A stretch of 47,068 bases of DNA, taken from IMG/VR virus record IMGVR_UViG_3300047408_000023, positions 1 to 47,068 of that record. The stretch is one strand, 5' to 3'. The translations under genes were made by a program, and so were the position numbers. Below the pieces are notes generated by a model. It had not been told where the DNA came from. It saw only the letters and a program-made list of their open reading frames with translations, and did no database searches. Each line of letters begins with the position of its first letter. The first letter of the stretch is position 1. The stretch comes from a virus. Positions 17,131-27,857 of the stretch are shown here, piece by piece.

Positions 17131-18354
17131 CTATCTCCCTTCAAGAGCAACTATTCGCTGCTCATGGTCTTTCAATAAATCTAGGAATGATGCTAGAAAG
17201 GCGTGTTCACGAATTGAAGCTGGAGTCGTTTTATCTTCTTCATAGTTGACCAAATGTCGCAATCCAGCAGCGTCCAATTCCTCTGCGGAGAATCCCAAGT
17301 AGTCTCCGAATTTCTTTTCGGTATCCTCTTTAGCTGTATATAGAATGGGAGATATACTCAACAATGCTGCACGTTGTGGATTCGTCCAGCCACGTCGAAT
17401 ATCTTCCTTGAATCGTTCACTGGAACTTATTCTTCTAATATAGCCATCTGCTGCAAGAGTAATGGAGACTGACGCCGCAGCCGAACCAATACCGTTCGCG
17501 TAGATAAGTCCACTAGGAACAATATTCGTGCAGGAAATCGCGGCGCTGCACGTAACCCCCGCACATGTAAGACCTAATCCAAGATATAAGCCAGTGTTGG
17601 AGTATAATCCATAGCTGCCATGACTAGCGAGATACCAACTTCCCTGACTACCAGTAGCATCTATACGACCCGGATACATAACACCAGTATTCTGTATGTA
17701 TCCAGCACAAGTAAGGTTGCCAGCACTAATAGAAATTCCACCACCAAAGTTCGTTGCACCTGTTATAGTCAAATCTGCTAGGACATTACCACTCCCTATT
17801 GAGCTGAAGTTTAATGCTTTGAGAGAAGCCCAATTGGAAGCATCTGCAAGAACACATTCTGCTACAGCACCAGTATTTCTCCATGCTGGAAATGCAGCCG
17901 TAGCTCCACCAATCTTAATTGATGGCTGACCATTTGGGCCACCCACAATAGCAGCAGAACAATTAAGTCCACCAGCTGTGGAAATAGTGGCTACGTTAAC
18001 AATAGTCCCACCGGGTGGAGAGTAGTAGAAATACCATCCACCAGCAGCAGACTGGTGAAGCATTGTTCCACATTGTGATGGGTCATCTTGAACCCAACTA
18101 GCACCAGCATTTGGAGTAGATAAATTCTTAAGAAATGAGGCTGTATTTGCAACTGACTGAAGATGTGTTTTTCCAGCAGACCCATCAGTCAGAATTAAAT
18201 GTGCCCCACCAGTAGTAGGTAATACTCCCGGAGATACAGTCCCTTCATTAAGAATGGAGGCATTCAAAGGCAATGGGATATAAGATACCCCATCGTTTGT
18301 CGAGTATTCAAATATATGCGTTGTTTCATTCCAACGCATCCATTTAGTTGCCAT
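17131..18354 (-). CDS. tail fibre with C-terminal intramolecular-chaperone (peptidase S74-like) autoprocessing domain
   Basis: N-terminus is paralogous to 18357..19553. The C-terminus ISSSERFKEDI...GFSAEELD...LLKDHEQRIVALE matches the endosialidase-chaperone pattern. Confidence 0.7.
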   Translation of the reverse strand: MATKWMRWNETTHIFEYSTNDGVSYIPLPLNASILNEGTVSPGVLPTTGGAHLILTDGSAGKTHLQSVANTASFLKNLSTPNAGASWVQDDPSQCGTMLHQSAAGGWYFYYSPPGGTIVNVATISTAGGLNCSAAIVGGPNGQPSIKIGGATAAFPAWRNTGAVAECVLADASNWASLKALNFSSIGSGNVLADLTITGATNFGGGISISAGNLTCAGYIQNTGVMYPGRIDATGSQGSWYLASHGSYGLYSNTGLYLGLGLTCAGVTCSAAISCTNIVPSGLIYANGIGSAAASVSITLAADGYIRRISSSERFKEDIRRGWTNPQRAALLSISPILYTAKEDTEKKFGDYLGFSAEELDAAGLRHLVNYEEDKTTPASIREHAFLASFLDLLKDHEQRIVALEGR

Positions 18355-18356
18355 TA

Positions 18357-19553
18357 TTAACCACTACAAAGAGGACGCCAAGCTACATCATATAGCAGCA
18401 CTATGCCACCACCTGGAGCTATAGTGCTAGTAGCCATTGAGAGATTTCCACCAGCAGCCAGAGTAAAGCCTACAGCACTATTATTCCAGAGAAATATAAC
18501 TCGACCTGCGGTAGCTCCATTTATCGTTTGAATACTCTGACCACCGGCTGAAGGCGTAATGCTAACAATACTAACACCAGCTGGGATAGTTATAGTTGCA
18601 TTGATTTGAGCAATATTTAGACGTGCAATTCCTGTTATCTCAAATGAGGCAGTTTGAGTAACACCACTGTTTGCGATTCCACCAGTTGTGAGTCCATTAC
18701 CTTGTTGGTTGATACCAGTGCAGACAATAGCTCCACAATTAACTGGACCAAATGTAACAGTATTGTTATTAGAGTTAATAGTTGAACAGCTTAGTGCATT
18801 CATTGCTACGTTACCATTCAACGTAGATGCACCACCTACCCATAGATTTGAGTTAACATTTAGTGTGCTGTTTATGGTTACGCCACCACCAGCAGCAATT
18901 GTCATTCTAGAGGCATTAGAAGTTCTAAACTCTATAGGTGCAGCAGCACCTGAGTTAAGTAATATTCCACCTGCACCAGCAGAATAAAGAGCCAACCCAT
19001 CTGGAATAAATGCAGCATTACTTTGTGTAGTGCTAGTAAAGATTACATAGCCTCTAGCATCGCTAGCATTATTCTGGAATACCATACCAGAAAATGCACC
19101 AACACCACCACTAGTGTTAATCAAGTGGAGATAGTTACCACCATCTACAGAGGCAGAGAAATTATGGACGCCTGTTCCTACAACGCTATGAGTTACATTT
19201 CCATTTCTATCTAGAGACATTAAATTAGCCGTAGCAACACCGGCATCATTTAATATTCTACCAAGGTATAGGGCAGAACCCTCTGCCATTATCTCCCAAT
19301 TCTTAAGGTTAGCACCTACATCTGTTTCATTAAATCTAATTGATGGTGCAAGTCCAGAATAGGTGCTAATTCCAAGCCAAGTATTAGGACCAGATAGGGA
19401 TGCGCCACTACCACCGGGAATAGCACTAGGCGGCAATACTCCCTCTGAAATGATATTCGCACTCAGAGGAAGAAAAGTCCATGTAGTTCCATTGTTAGTG
19501 GAATACTCAAAGATGTGAGTAGTTTGATTCCATCTTATCCACTGGACTGCCAT
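18357..19553 (-). CDS. tail fibre / receptor-binding protein (second paralogue)
   Basis: N-terminus MAVQWIRWNQTTHIFEYSTNNG versus MATKWMRWNETTHIFEYSTNDG in the neighbouring gene. G/S/N/T-rich beta-type C-terminus. Confidence 0.65.
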   Translation of the reverse strand: MAVQWIRWNQTTHIFEYSTNNGTTWTFLPLSANIISEGVLPPSAIPGGSGASLSGPNTWLGISTYSGLAPSIRFNETDVGANLKNWEIMAEGSALYLGRILNDAGVATANLMSLDRNGNVTHSVVGTGVHNFSASVDGGNYLHLINTSGGVGAFSGMVFQNNASDARGYVIFTSTTQSNAAFIPDGLALYSAGAGGILLNSGAAAPIEFRTSNASRMTIAAGGGVTINSTLNVNSNLWVGGASTLNGNVAMNALSCSTINSNNNTVTFGPVNCGAIVCTGINQQGNGLTTGGIANSGVTQTASFEITGIARLNIAQINATITIPAGVSIVSITPSAGGQSIQTINGATAGRVIFLWNNSAVGFTLAAGGNLSMATSTIAPGGGIVLLYDVAWRPLCSG

Positions 19554-21049
19554 TAAACTATTCCTCTAGCTTTCCATGATACGGCGGCTGTAGTTCTTAC
19601 GCCAATGGAATTAAATACATATACCTTAAAGCCTGTAGGATTTGGGACATCCTGGAAATCATAGATAATAGTCAGTGGCTCAATAGCCTTAGTTCCAGTA
19701 ACTGTAATGGAATCTATATCTTTGAATGGCTTATTGAATAGAACCTGAGTTCCATTCGCATCTGTAGCTAGTGCAGTGACACCACCAGAATCGAGTTCAC
19801 GTTTCACATCTACTGAATAGGTTAGATTATAGAATAGAGCTAGAGCCTTATCATTATTGGATGTGAAGTCTATAGTAGCTCGGACATATCGGAACTGCTG
19901 CAAGAATACAGATTTGGCATGAACTATAGGAGTCCAAGTAACTTGGTCTAATGAACCCTCTACACCAGGCGTAGCAGTTACTGTAGGAACTATCTGGTCT
20001 ATCGTATAGTTCATATTGAATATGGTTGCAAACAGCGTAGTTCCATAATCAATAATCTCCTGATACTTACCACTGAGTAGTGTCGGCTGGATGTATATAG
20101 GATAGAAGTTATCTAGCTGGTCTTTAATCTTATTCCAACCCTGAGATGTAAAGTGGGTAGTCCAAGTCTTAGTTCCATCTATACATACAAGTATCTTACC
20201 TGTATTGTTTCCAATCCATGTCCAGTTCTGAGCAGAGATTAGACCAGCATCCCATCCATTAAACTCATCATTTACCCAACCAACTTCAGGACTACCATAG
20301 GGTAGAGCATTTACCTTCAGACCTGATAGGATGCTCTTTCTATAGTCAAGTAACTCAAAATCTGGAGGCTGTGCTACAACTAAGCTAACAGATGATGACG
20401 GCCCGATATTTCCAGCCATATCTGTAGGAAACACAGAATATGTATATGTGCCACCAGCAGATTCAAATACGGCTATGAAAGTTCCATGCTGTGTCCCTAC
20501 TATGACTCCACCCCTACTGATAGTGTAGTAATCAATATCCCATGTAGAGACAGGCTCAGACCAGCTTAGCAATACGTTGTTATCAATTACTCGACCATTG
20601 ATAGTTATAGCTCCAATGGGAGGAATCACAACATCGACGTATGCAAATCCAGACGAGGGAACTCCGGCGCCGTTAATTGACTTGAGAAGATATCTGGTAG
20701 TGCCAACTATGATTGGGTCAAGTCTTGCTTCTGTGATACCTGTGATAGTTATCTGTGATGCAGTATCCCAGTTAGTTCCTCTGCGAACTTCATATGTCCT
20801 AGCATTCGCAGCAGAATTCCATGTAAGGATTAGATTTCTACCAGTAGTTGAGTATGCAAATCCTGTGGGAGTATCAGGGATTGGCTCAGTTACAATCGTA
20901 GTAACTCTATCAATGATAGGGAATACTTTAGTTTGCAGGTCATCTACACTGTTTACTAACCCATTCAGAATATCATACAGGCGTGGGTCTACTTGCTGAT
21001 ATCCCTGTATCAGAGTAGTGATGTCAGATACACGAATGACATCAGTCAT
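19553..21049 (-). CDS. tail protein with fibronectin-III-like repeats
   Basis: PTGFAYSTTGRNLILTWNSAANARTYEVRRG and LLSWSEPVSTWDIDYYTISRG are FN3-like segments. ATGA-type coupling to neighbours. Confidence 0.55.
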   Translation of the reverse strand: MTDVIRVSDITTLIQGYQQVDPRLYDILNGLVNSVDDLQTKVFPIIDRVTTIVTEPIPDTPTGFAYSTTGRNLILTWNSAANARTYEVRRGTNWDTASQITITGITEARLDPIIVGTTRYLLKSINGAGVPSSGFAYVDVVIPPIGAITINGRVIDNNVLLSWSEPVSTWDIDYYTISRGGVIVGTQHGTFIAVFESAGGTYTYSVFPTDMAGNIGPSSSVSLVVAQPPDFELLDYRKSILSGLKVNALPYGSPEVGWVNDEFNGWDAGLISAQNWTWIGNNTGKILVCIDGTKTWTTHFTSQGWNKIKDQLDNFYPIYIQPTLLSGKYQEIIDYGTTLFATIFNMNYTIDQIVPTVTATPGVEGSLDQVTWTPIVHAKSVFLQQFRYVRATIDFTSNNDKALALFYNLTYSVDVKRELDSGGVTALATDANGTQVLFNKPFKDIDSITVTGTKAIEPLTIIYDFQDVPNPTGFKVYVFNSIGVRTTAAVSWKARGIV

Positions 21050-22902
21050 TAGAACTCTGGCCTCTCAGCCCACATTGCCATTCCATAGACCCAGATTCCT
21101 CTTACAGAGAAAGACTCGTCTATCTGGTCTACTTGGAATCTGAAAGACATGAGTTCATTCTGAGCACCAAGGAATTCTCTCTTGATTAACTGACCCGGTG
21201 ATGTAGATAGTAACAAGGACGGCGCCGTTATCACCAGTGTCTTATCAAGCGCGTATGCAGTTATCTGTAGATTCCCGTGACCACTAACTCTAAGCCTCAC
21301 ACCAGAGAACATACACATTCCACCCTTAGGGTCATGTGTAATGAGTGAAGTCTCAAAGTAAGCTATCTTAGGATTATTGAAATCATTTGGCGTAGACGGG
21401 TCAGCCTTGTATATATTCCCAGGCGCTCCCGCATACTTATATGTAGCTACCTTGTTTGCATAAACGATATCAACAAACGAAGCTACTAAATCAACAGGAA
21501 ATCTCCAAACAGCCCACTTGATATTTGCACTGTCCATACCCTCAGTATAGTCAGCATAGAGGATATGAGATGCCTGAGTCGCGCCGTCAAGTGGAACCAT
21601 CACATAGAGTTTTGAATCAATTGGATTCAGGCTTACAGTAATCTTATTGAACACCTGCCTATTGATTCGTTTCCAAATATCAGCTATCTTTCCAGACAAC
21701 TCATCACCGAATGTTCCATTGTATAGCATCAATCCCTGACGTGATGCCACAACAAATTTATCAGTTGTCTGTCCTTCGATATCTAATACTTGCTGTATTC
21801 CAAAGCATTCTGTGCCTACGGCCACATCAAGACTAGAGACATTCCAAGTAGCGGCAACGTCATTGTTAGTCTGTGTAACATAGCATCTGTAGGACTTAAA
21901 CATTATGAGCTGTGAACGAAATTCTACACAAGCTCTGGTAGTTCCACCGTTATCTTTGGGATAGCAATCTAGATATCCATCCACATCACTAAATGCTTCA
22001 GGCTGGTTTATCTGGCTTACTCTCACTCTGGACGGAGAGGCATCCTCACCACAGACTACCAAGGAATTCTTATAGATTGCCAGACCTACACCGGCGGGAC
22101 AGGTAGCACGTAAGTCTAGGAGATATGCAGCAGATGCAACTAATGAAGCGTCATAGAAATCTACAGTAGCAGTGGTAGTTGTATTATCTCCAACTCGTCC
22201 ACCCGGAACCATGAAGAATTCATACTGTGCTGGATTGCCATTGTAGTTCAGGATAGTTTCTGTAGCTACAATCCAGCGAGCAATAGTTCCGGCGGGGCCA
22301 ATTGGAATACCAGTGAGAGTTGCCTTCTTGCCGCCGATGGCATTTAGATTTGCCACAGGACCATACTTAGTAAGAAAGCCAGATGTAGTTTCAAATGCTA
22401 TAGCAAATAGATGTGTGCCAATTTCCACACTACCATCAGCAGTTGAATTCGCTACTATAGGAGCAACAGTTGGGCCAGCGCCTCCAGCGGGACGAGCTAA
22501 TCCCGCACCTTCATATACATATACAAGCTCACCCGGTAATCCCCTATCTCCATTGTGTGGACTGATATATGCCCTATCGAACATAACCACACATGAGAAA
22601 TCCGTCATTGCAGGGATTGTCAGTATGGCTACAGTTGGTGCAGTAGAATCATATATCGAGCCATTGTCCTTCAAACAAAGATATCTGGTAGCCTCACCAG
22701 ATTTCTCATAGGTATGAACACGAAGCAAAGGTCCAGTGATAGTTAAGTCTAGTGCTGAGCCAAACCTAGACCTAATCTCCCTAGTATCAAAGGATACATT
22801 AAATGCTTCTATAGAGTGGTTGAGAGGGACAGCTTCATCCTGTCCTCTATCAAACACACCCTTAAATTCATTTATTAACTTTGCTTCGTGTTCGGCTATC
22901 AT
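21049..22902 (-). CDS. large tail structural protein (nozzle/tubular-type, putative)
   Basis: 617-aa ORF between the head-completion genes and the fibres. Confidence 0.45.
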   Translation of the reverse strand: MIAEHEAKLINEFKGVFDRGQDEAVPLNHSIEAFNVSFDTREIRSRFGSALDLTITGPLLRVHTYEKSGEATRYLCLKDNGSIYDSTAPTVAILTIPAMTDFSCVVMFDRAYISPHNGDRGLPGELVYVYEGAGLARPAGGAGPTVAPIVANSTADGSVEIGTHLFAIAFETTSGFLTKYGPVANLNAIGGKKATLTGIPIGPAGTIARWIVATETILNYNGNPAQYEFFMVPGGRVGDNTTTTATVDFYDASLVASAAYLLDLRATCPAGVGLAIYKNSLVVCGEDASPSRVRVSQINQPEAFSDVDGYLDCYPKDNGGTTRACVEFRSQLIMFKSYRCYVTQTNNDVAATWNVSSLDVAVGTECFGIQQVLDIEGQTTDKFVVASRQGLMLYNGTFGDELSGKIADIWKRINRQVFNKITVSLNPIDSKLYVMVPLDGATQASHILYADYTEGMDSANIKWAVWRFPVDLVASFVDIVYANKVATYKYAGAPGNIYKADPSTPNDFNNPKIAYFETSLITHDPKGGMCMFSGVRLRVSGHGNLQITAYALDKTLVITAPSLLLSTSPGQLIKREFLGAQNELMSFRFQVDQIDESFSVRGIWVYGMAMWAERPEF

Positions 22903-22906
22903 TTGT

Positions 22907-23200
22907 CTATACCGCAGCGATAGCAGGATACCACTTGTTCTGTGAGCGGCTATAGACTAGAGTCTGAGCACGATTGACTACCAGAGCTACAGCAACAGCT
23001 ATATTACCAGTCGCCACAAGTGTAGCAGCAGCGAGAGGAATAAGAGTAACTGCCTGATTCCCAACACCCGGAGTCTTAGGAATTAGATTTGCGATAGCAG
23101 CCGTGCCTGACACAATGAGAACGTCAGCATTAGCTTCCATAGTTGGTGCTGATGCTACAATTCTCTCTGAGAGTTTACTTATCTGTCCTGGAAATGACAT
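22907..23200 (-). CDS. small virion protein
   Basis: 97-aa Ala/Val-rich ORF in the structural block. Confidence 0.5.
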   Translation of the reverse strand: MSFPGQISKLSERIVASAPTMEANADVLIVSGTAAIANLIPKTPGVGNQAVTLIPLAAATLVATGNIAVAVALVVNRAQTLVYSRSQNKWYPAIAAV

Positions 23201-23218
23201 TGTAATCTCCTCGACAGG

Positions 23219-23869
23219 TTATACACTACGGAGTTTTGGAACTCTATAGGGTAGTCTCCTGACTGGTTTACCTTGCTGGTTCCCCAGTTCGATTTGAATA
23301 TACGTGGTTAGACGAGAACGGTATACAACTTCTTTAGCTATACCATCCTTCGGATTCTTAGCAAGGTGCGTTGCTGCGAGACTAGCTATCTTTGCACCCA
23401 AAAGACCGGCGCCGTTAGTTATGTTCAGTGTGCTATTTTCATTGGTTATTGTCCCAATGCTATTCGTGATATACTTCATTCGGACTTCTTTATCTACAGT
23501 AGCCCCAATGAAGTTAATCACATTCTGTCTGAATGACCACAGCTTGAGATTGGTAGCTGGGATTACAGCAGGTTCCCATACTTTTTCTTCCATTGAAGTA
23601 TAGGCTGCATCTCCTACATTTCGTTCCTCTAGAGATATAGGAACAAACAAATCATTAGGCGGTGCATCAAGTGTAGTTCTCCCAGCCGTGACTAGCAATG
23701 GTGCGCTAGTAATCTCTTTGAACAGACGGAATCCGTTAGCTACCAAATCATTACACAATTCTTCATAGGCTTGTAATGCTACACCTAGAAGAACCTGATT
23801 TGTCCATGTGACCTGGTTAGGGTCATTCATTAGGACAGCAGCAGCTTTGATAGCGTCGGAGACTATCAT
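23219..23869 (-). CDS. putative head-tail adaptor/connector protein
   Basis: 216-aa ORF, third gene downstream of the capsid gene; called by position only. Confidence 0.3.
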   Translation of the reverse strand: MIVSDAIKAAAVLMNDPNQVTWTNQVLLGVALQAYEELCNDLVANGFRLFKEITSAPLLVTAGRTTLDAPPNDLFVPISLEERNVGDAAYTSMEEKVWEPAVIPATNLKLWSFRQNVINFIGATVDKEVRMKYITNSIGTITNENSTLNITNGAGLLGAKIASLAATHLAKNPKDGIAKEVVYRSRLTTYIQIELGNQQGKPVRRLPYRVPKLRSV

Positions 23870-23881
23870 TATCTATTCCTC

Positions 23882-24505
23882 TTAAGCAATTGCTTTCTTC
23901 AGTTCTTCGTCAGTCACAAGCTGGCGTCCACAAGTAGGACAGACCAGAGCACCAGCATTTATAGTGCTTGTGCAATACTTGCAATTCTTAAAAGCAATCA
24001 TGTCCTTAACTTCAACATTCCAAGGCCGCTCACCAATCTGAGACTTCAGTGCGACTGCCGCGGCACGTTGTATTGCAGTTATAGAACGATGCTGCTGATT
24101 CCTAGTCCAGTCATCATCTGCAACCTTGACGAGTCTAAGGAACCAACGATTCTGGCAATCCTTAACCTCGTTAAGTTTCTTGAGATGGTCTTTCAGTATG
24201 GCTGATTTCTCAAGATGACCATCAAGCCAGAACAATCCCGGCGTGGCCTGTCCTGTATAATCCAACTCTATACATGAATACATATAGTCCTTCACGATAG
24301 AGTCAGCCAGCTTGTGTGAATCTATGGGAACTGAGACTGTTCCACGGTCTTGGTCAAGATACAAATGACCGTAGCCATCTTCTATCTTTAGTATTTCAAA
24401 ATCTCCCATTTTAGCGGCAGGTATGAAATACTCCACCGGCATGATGCTAGGCTTAGATTCTCGTATGTCGCAAGGCATAAGCGAAACGATAGTAGCTAGT
24501 GACAT
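23882..24505 (-). CDS. hypothetical virion-module protein with C-terminal zinc ribbon
   Basis: CKYC...CPTC near the C-terminus. Confidence 0.5.
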   Translation of the reverse strand: MSLATIVSLMPCDIRESKPSIMPVEYFIPAAKMGDFEILKIEDGYGHLYLDQDRGTVSVPIDSHKLADSIVKDYMYSCIELDYTGQATPGLFWLDGHLEKSAILKDHLKKLNEVKDCQNRWFLRLVKVADDDWTRNQQHRSITAIQRAAAVALKSQIGERPWNVEVKDMIAFKNCKYCTSTINAGALVCPTCGRQLVTDEELKKAIA

Positions 24506-24993
24506 TATACAGTCTCCCTGTCAACAACTTCAGTTGAGTAGCTTCTCATTGCATCTTCTAGAATTACTAGGTTTTCTTCAGCTTCCTTATCTATGATAGC
24601 TTGATGCTCGGACTTAGCCATAGCATCATTCTTACGCTCTATCGTATGATTCATCAGCTTGTATATAAGTGCCTCTACAGCTTCCCACAGCAATTCTTGT
24701 GGCTGACCCTTAGCATCTTGAAAGACCCAGATAGGTTCATATGAATAGCCAGAGACATTAACTAGCTCCGGCTGCTGACCTATATATGCAAACTTCTCTA
24801 GAACAAAGCAGTTCTTAGCATATGGATACTTAGGAACTTGTCTAACCTCAGGGAATATCATTAAGGGACCAAATAGACCCTTACGATATTCCAACTCATT
24901 ATTCGAGAACACTACACGAAAGATAGGTTTATTATCGAATACGTGCGTTCCGTAGCGTTCGAGTAGAATCTTATTGCAGTGTGATAGAGTCAT
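24505..24993 (-). CDS. hypothetical protein
   Basis: 162-aa ORF starting right after the post-capsid terminator. Confidence 0.55.
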   Translation of the reverse strand: MTLSHCNKILLERYGTHVFDNKPIFRVVFSNNELEYRKGLFGPLMIFPEVRQVPKYPYAKNCFVLEKFAYIGQQPELVNVSGYSYEPIWVFQDAKGQPQELLWEAVEALIYKLMNHTIERKNDAMAKSEHQAIIDKEAEENLVILEDAMRSYSTEVVDRETV

Positions 24994-25027
24994 AAAAAAT
25001 GAGGGATAGAACTAAGTCTACCCCTCA
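24994..25027 (-). terminator. rho-independent terminator downstream of the major capsid gene
   Basis: On the minus strand: TGAGGGGTAGA-cttagt-TCTATCCCTCA followed by TTTTTT, with one mismatch in an 11-bp stem. Confidence 0.75.
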
Positions 25028-25046
25028 TCCCCAATAGCAGTGAGGG

Positions 25047-26324
25047 TTAGTAGCCTGACGGAACTGCAAGGCTCGCAATATACGAGCAAGCAGCAGGATT
25101 GTTCACAAACAGATTGAACGAAGCTGTGATGTAGAATATCTGGCTAGTAGCAACGCCGCCAGTGGCACCACGGATTTCAAATATCCGTCGTCCATCTACA
25201 TCATAGAACTTCGCAGGATGCATCTCTGCACGACCCCAGACTTCAGAAATAACGAAGTCAATACGAGTCTTGTCCCAGAGATATGAAGGCTTCACAGCGG
25301 CACCGGCCAACTGCATTCCTTCACCAAAATATAGATTGAGTTTCTCAGGAGCAGCCTGCTTCATTATCATTGAAACAAGCTGGCCGAGTTCCTCATAAGC
25401 CTGCACCTGACAAGGATGCATCCATGCAACAGGCTTATATGACTGGCTGATACCAACACGGTCGCCAATCTTGTTAACAGCAAGTCTAGCCAATGGAAGT
25501 GCAAGACCACCATTGTTTGCGTTAACACGATTCGCACGAATTTCTGGAGTCGCTGACCTATCGAAGCCAAGCCAGAATCCCGTGGAAGCATCATTGTGAT
25601 GATAAGGAACGCCCATAATACTAGTGGGCGGGACAGTCGTAGTTCCTTCTACAACTACCTTATCACCAGTGGTTGTTGCACCAGTAGTTCCTGCGACTCG
25701 AATCTGTTTATTATTCAAGTCATAGAAATCTATTGGAGCATAACCATTGAACGATGCCAGCCCAGTATGGGTGCGCCGAGTAGTCAAGCCAGTATCATAG
25801 ATTGATATAGCCTGACCATATCGAAGCAGCTTCACACCGAAGCCATCAGTAGCAAGGGTCAAAGTATCCTTACCACCCGCAGTAGTGGCTGGCGCAGAGA
25901 CTGTGCCGAGGACACCATTTCCACCCGTCATACAGAGAGCATCCACATTGCGGCGGAACTCTGGCATAGCCTTAGCCAGAAGATGCTTCAGAGTATTCAG
26001 GACAGACTTACGTGCATCATCAGTAGCCCATTCAGCTTTCTTTGTCCACTGAACAGCATACCGCATATGAAACGTGTCAACCTGAGCCTTGTCAAAGGAT
26101 GGACCTTCGCCAACTCCAAGGTCGCCACCATCGGGGTCAAACATACCAAATCGACCACCGGGGCGGAGTTCCAAAGGAACGCGCATTGTGCGGGCCGAGA
26201 CAGTCTCGACGTTCTTCTTTTCTATAGACGAGTAAAATACATCGTCCCTATCAAAGAGAGTCGGGATAGTTGGCTCGACTCGCTCAAGCTCGTTTGCGAC
26301 TACCTGAGCTTCTACAAGTGCCAT
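25047..26324 (-). CDS. major capsid protein (HK97-fold type)
   Basis: 425 aa; sits after the scaffold and before a strong terminator; sequence style is typical of phage major capsid proteins. Confidence 0.65.
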   Translation of the reverse strand: MALVEAQVVANELERVEPTIPTLFDRDDVFYSSIEKKNVETVSARTMRVPLELRPGGRFGMFDPDGGDLGVGEGPSFDKAQVDTFHMRYAVQWTKKAEWATDDARKSVLNTLKHLLAKAMPEFRRNVDALCMTGGNGVLGTVSAPATTAGGKDTLTLATDGFGVKLLRYGQAISIYDTGLTTRRTHTGLASFNGYAPIDFYDLNNKQIRVAGTTGATTTGDKVVVEGTTTVPPTSIMGVPYHHNDASTGFWLGFDRSATPEIRANRVNANNGGLALPLARLAVNKIGDRVGISQSYKPVAWMHPCQVQAYEELGQLVSMIMKQAAPEKLNLYFGEGMQLAGAAVKPSYLWDKTRIDFVISEVWGRAEMHPAKFYDVDGRRIFEIRGATGGVATSQIFYITASFNLFVNNPAACSYIASLAVPSGY

Positions 26325-26325
26325 T

Positions 26326-27585
26326 TTATTTCATTATCCTATTAAGGATATCCATGTCGGACATGCCTTTAGTATCTTTCATGTCCAACTTTCCTTTAGT
26401 CCCTTTAGAGCCAGTCTTTTGGGCAGGACGATTACCCGTTCCATTAGCTTTATTTGGAAGACTTGACTTCGTCTTACGACCGAGCGCCTCTGCTCTGAGT
26501 CGAGACTTTACACCCGGTAACAGTCTAAGCGCACGCGCCAGATACGTGTCCTTAATCCTGGTCTTTCCGCTACGAGGCATACCGGATTTACGGAAGTTAT
26601 CCCAGAGAGAATCCATAGTCCGAATGTGAGCTTTGTCGGATTCGAGTAGTTTACCCACTTCAGCTACGACATCATCCATTAGCTTCTTCTTAGTATACTC
26701 GCCCAGCCGATTATCTGGGTCCAAGTCCTTCATTATATTCTTCTTGAGTTCGGTATAGATTTCTCCAGCCACGCCGGAGTATTCACTACCGAATCTCTCA
26801 GTCTCCCATCGCGCCTTTTCTTCAAGGAACTTCTGACGGTCTGGGTCTATCTTGTTTTCCGTTCTAGTAGTAGGTGGCTTCATCTCATCGTTATTGAATA
26901 GCCACTTACTTATCCAACGTGCAGCTAGGGCCAGATTCTTATTATCAGAATCCATTCCCTCTTTGAATGCACTATATAGAGCAGTCTGCAATACAGGCTG
27001 AACTGCCTGATAGTATAAGTTCTGGTCAGCACTAAACAGAGTTGGTAGGAACTGGTCTACGAAACTCTGATATGATTTGATATCACCACTCTCTTTCAGG
27101 CTCTGGAGCAATTCCTTAGAACTGCCTTGCAGAAGTTTATCCTGAAAGTAATTATATGTCTCCGCAGTCTCCTTAGATTGGATTGCTTCATCTGGAGTTG
27201 CAAAGACTTCTTGATACTGACGGCTAAGAAATAATCCCTGTCGGAGTTCAGGAAACTCTTTGAAGACATTTGGATACTTCTTAGTTACAGCCTTTACAGT
27301 TGTTCTATCTGCTTCTTCTAGACCTTCTTCCAACTCCTCAGTTGATTTCTCGTCTTTCCCATCTTCTTCAGAGTCTTCATCAGTCTCGTCAGTTTCAGAA
27401 TCCTCATCACTTGCGTCATCTCTAGGTTCAGTTTCTTCGTCTCCTTTATCTCCTTCTTCTGACTCTGTGTCAATATCATCTAGGATATCCATGTCTGACT
27501 TAGAAGATTCGGGCGGAGTTCCGGCTCCAGAGTTGTCATTCTCCGGCGCCAGTGTTACAAAGCGGTTAGATAGTGTCACAGTCAT
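26326..27585 (-). CDS. scaffolding protein (acidic N-terminus, helical)
   Basis: 419 aa. D/E/S-rich N-terminal 90 aa and a K/R-rich C-terminus. Lies between portal and capsid. Confidence 0.55.
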   Translation of the reverse strand: MTVTLSNRFVTLAPENDNSGAGTPPESSKSDMDILDDIDTESEEGDKGDEETEPRDDASDEDSETDETDEDSEEDGKDEKSTEELEEGLEEADRTTVKAVTKKYPNVFKEFPELRQGLFLSRQYQEVFATPDEAIQSKETAETYNYFQDKLLQGSSKELLQSLKESGDIKSYQSFVDQFLPTLFSADQNLYYQAVQPVLQTALYSAFKEGMDSDNKNLALAARWISKWLFNNDEMKPPTTRTENKIDPDRQKFLEEKARWETERFGSEYSGVAGEIYTELKKNIMKDLDPDNRLGEYTKKKLMDDVVAEVGKLLESDKAHIRTMDSLWDNFRKSGMPRSGKTRIKDTYLARALRLLPGVKSRLRAEALGRKTKSSLPNKANGTGNRPAQKTGSKGTKGKLDMKDTKGMSDMDILNRIMK

Positions 27586-27595
27586 TCTCCCTTAG

Positions 27596-27856
27596 TTAGT
27601 ATCTTTCGATATTCAATACTGCTGAGCCACCGTTTACTCTAAGAAATCCGGCGGCGTTATCAGTGCCACCTTCCTTAAACGCCTGTCCAGTAGGAGTAAT
27701 GTTTACTGGATTACTCATATCAGAGCTATTGCTAAGGTCTATAGAGGTGCCTGAGATATTCTGAACAAATATTCTTACTACTCCAGTAGGCAATGCTCTA
27801 GGGACGTTATCAGCTATTAGAACTGACATTCCTTTTTGCAGAAGTTCTGTCGGCAT
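27596..27856 (-). CDS. small hypothetical protein
   Basis: Track ORF 27596..27943. The ATG at 27856 lies 1 nt after the portal stop (TAAAATG), so the 5' extension is probably spurious. Confidence 0.5.
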   Translation of the reverse strand: MPTELLQKGMSVLIADNVPRALPTGVVRIFVQNISGTSIDLSNSSDMSNPVNITPTGQAFKEGGTDNAAGFLRVNGGSAVLNIERY

Positions 27857-27857
27857 T

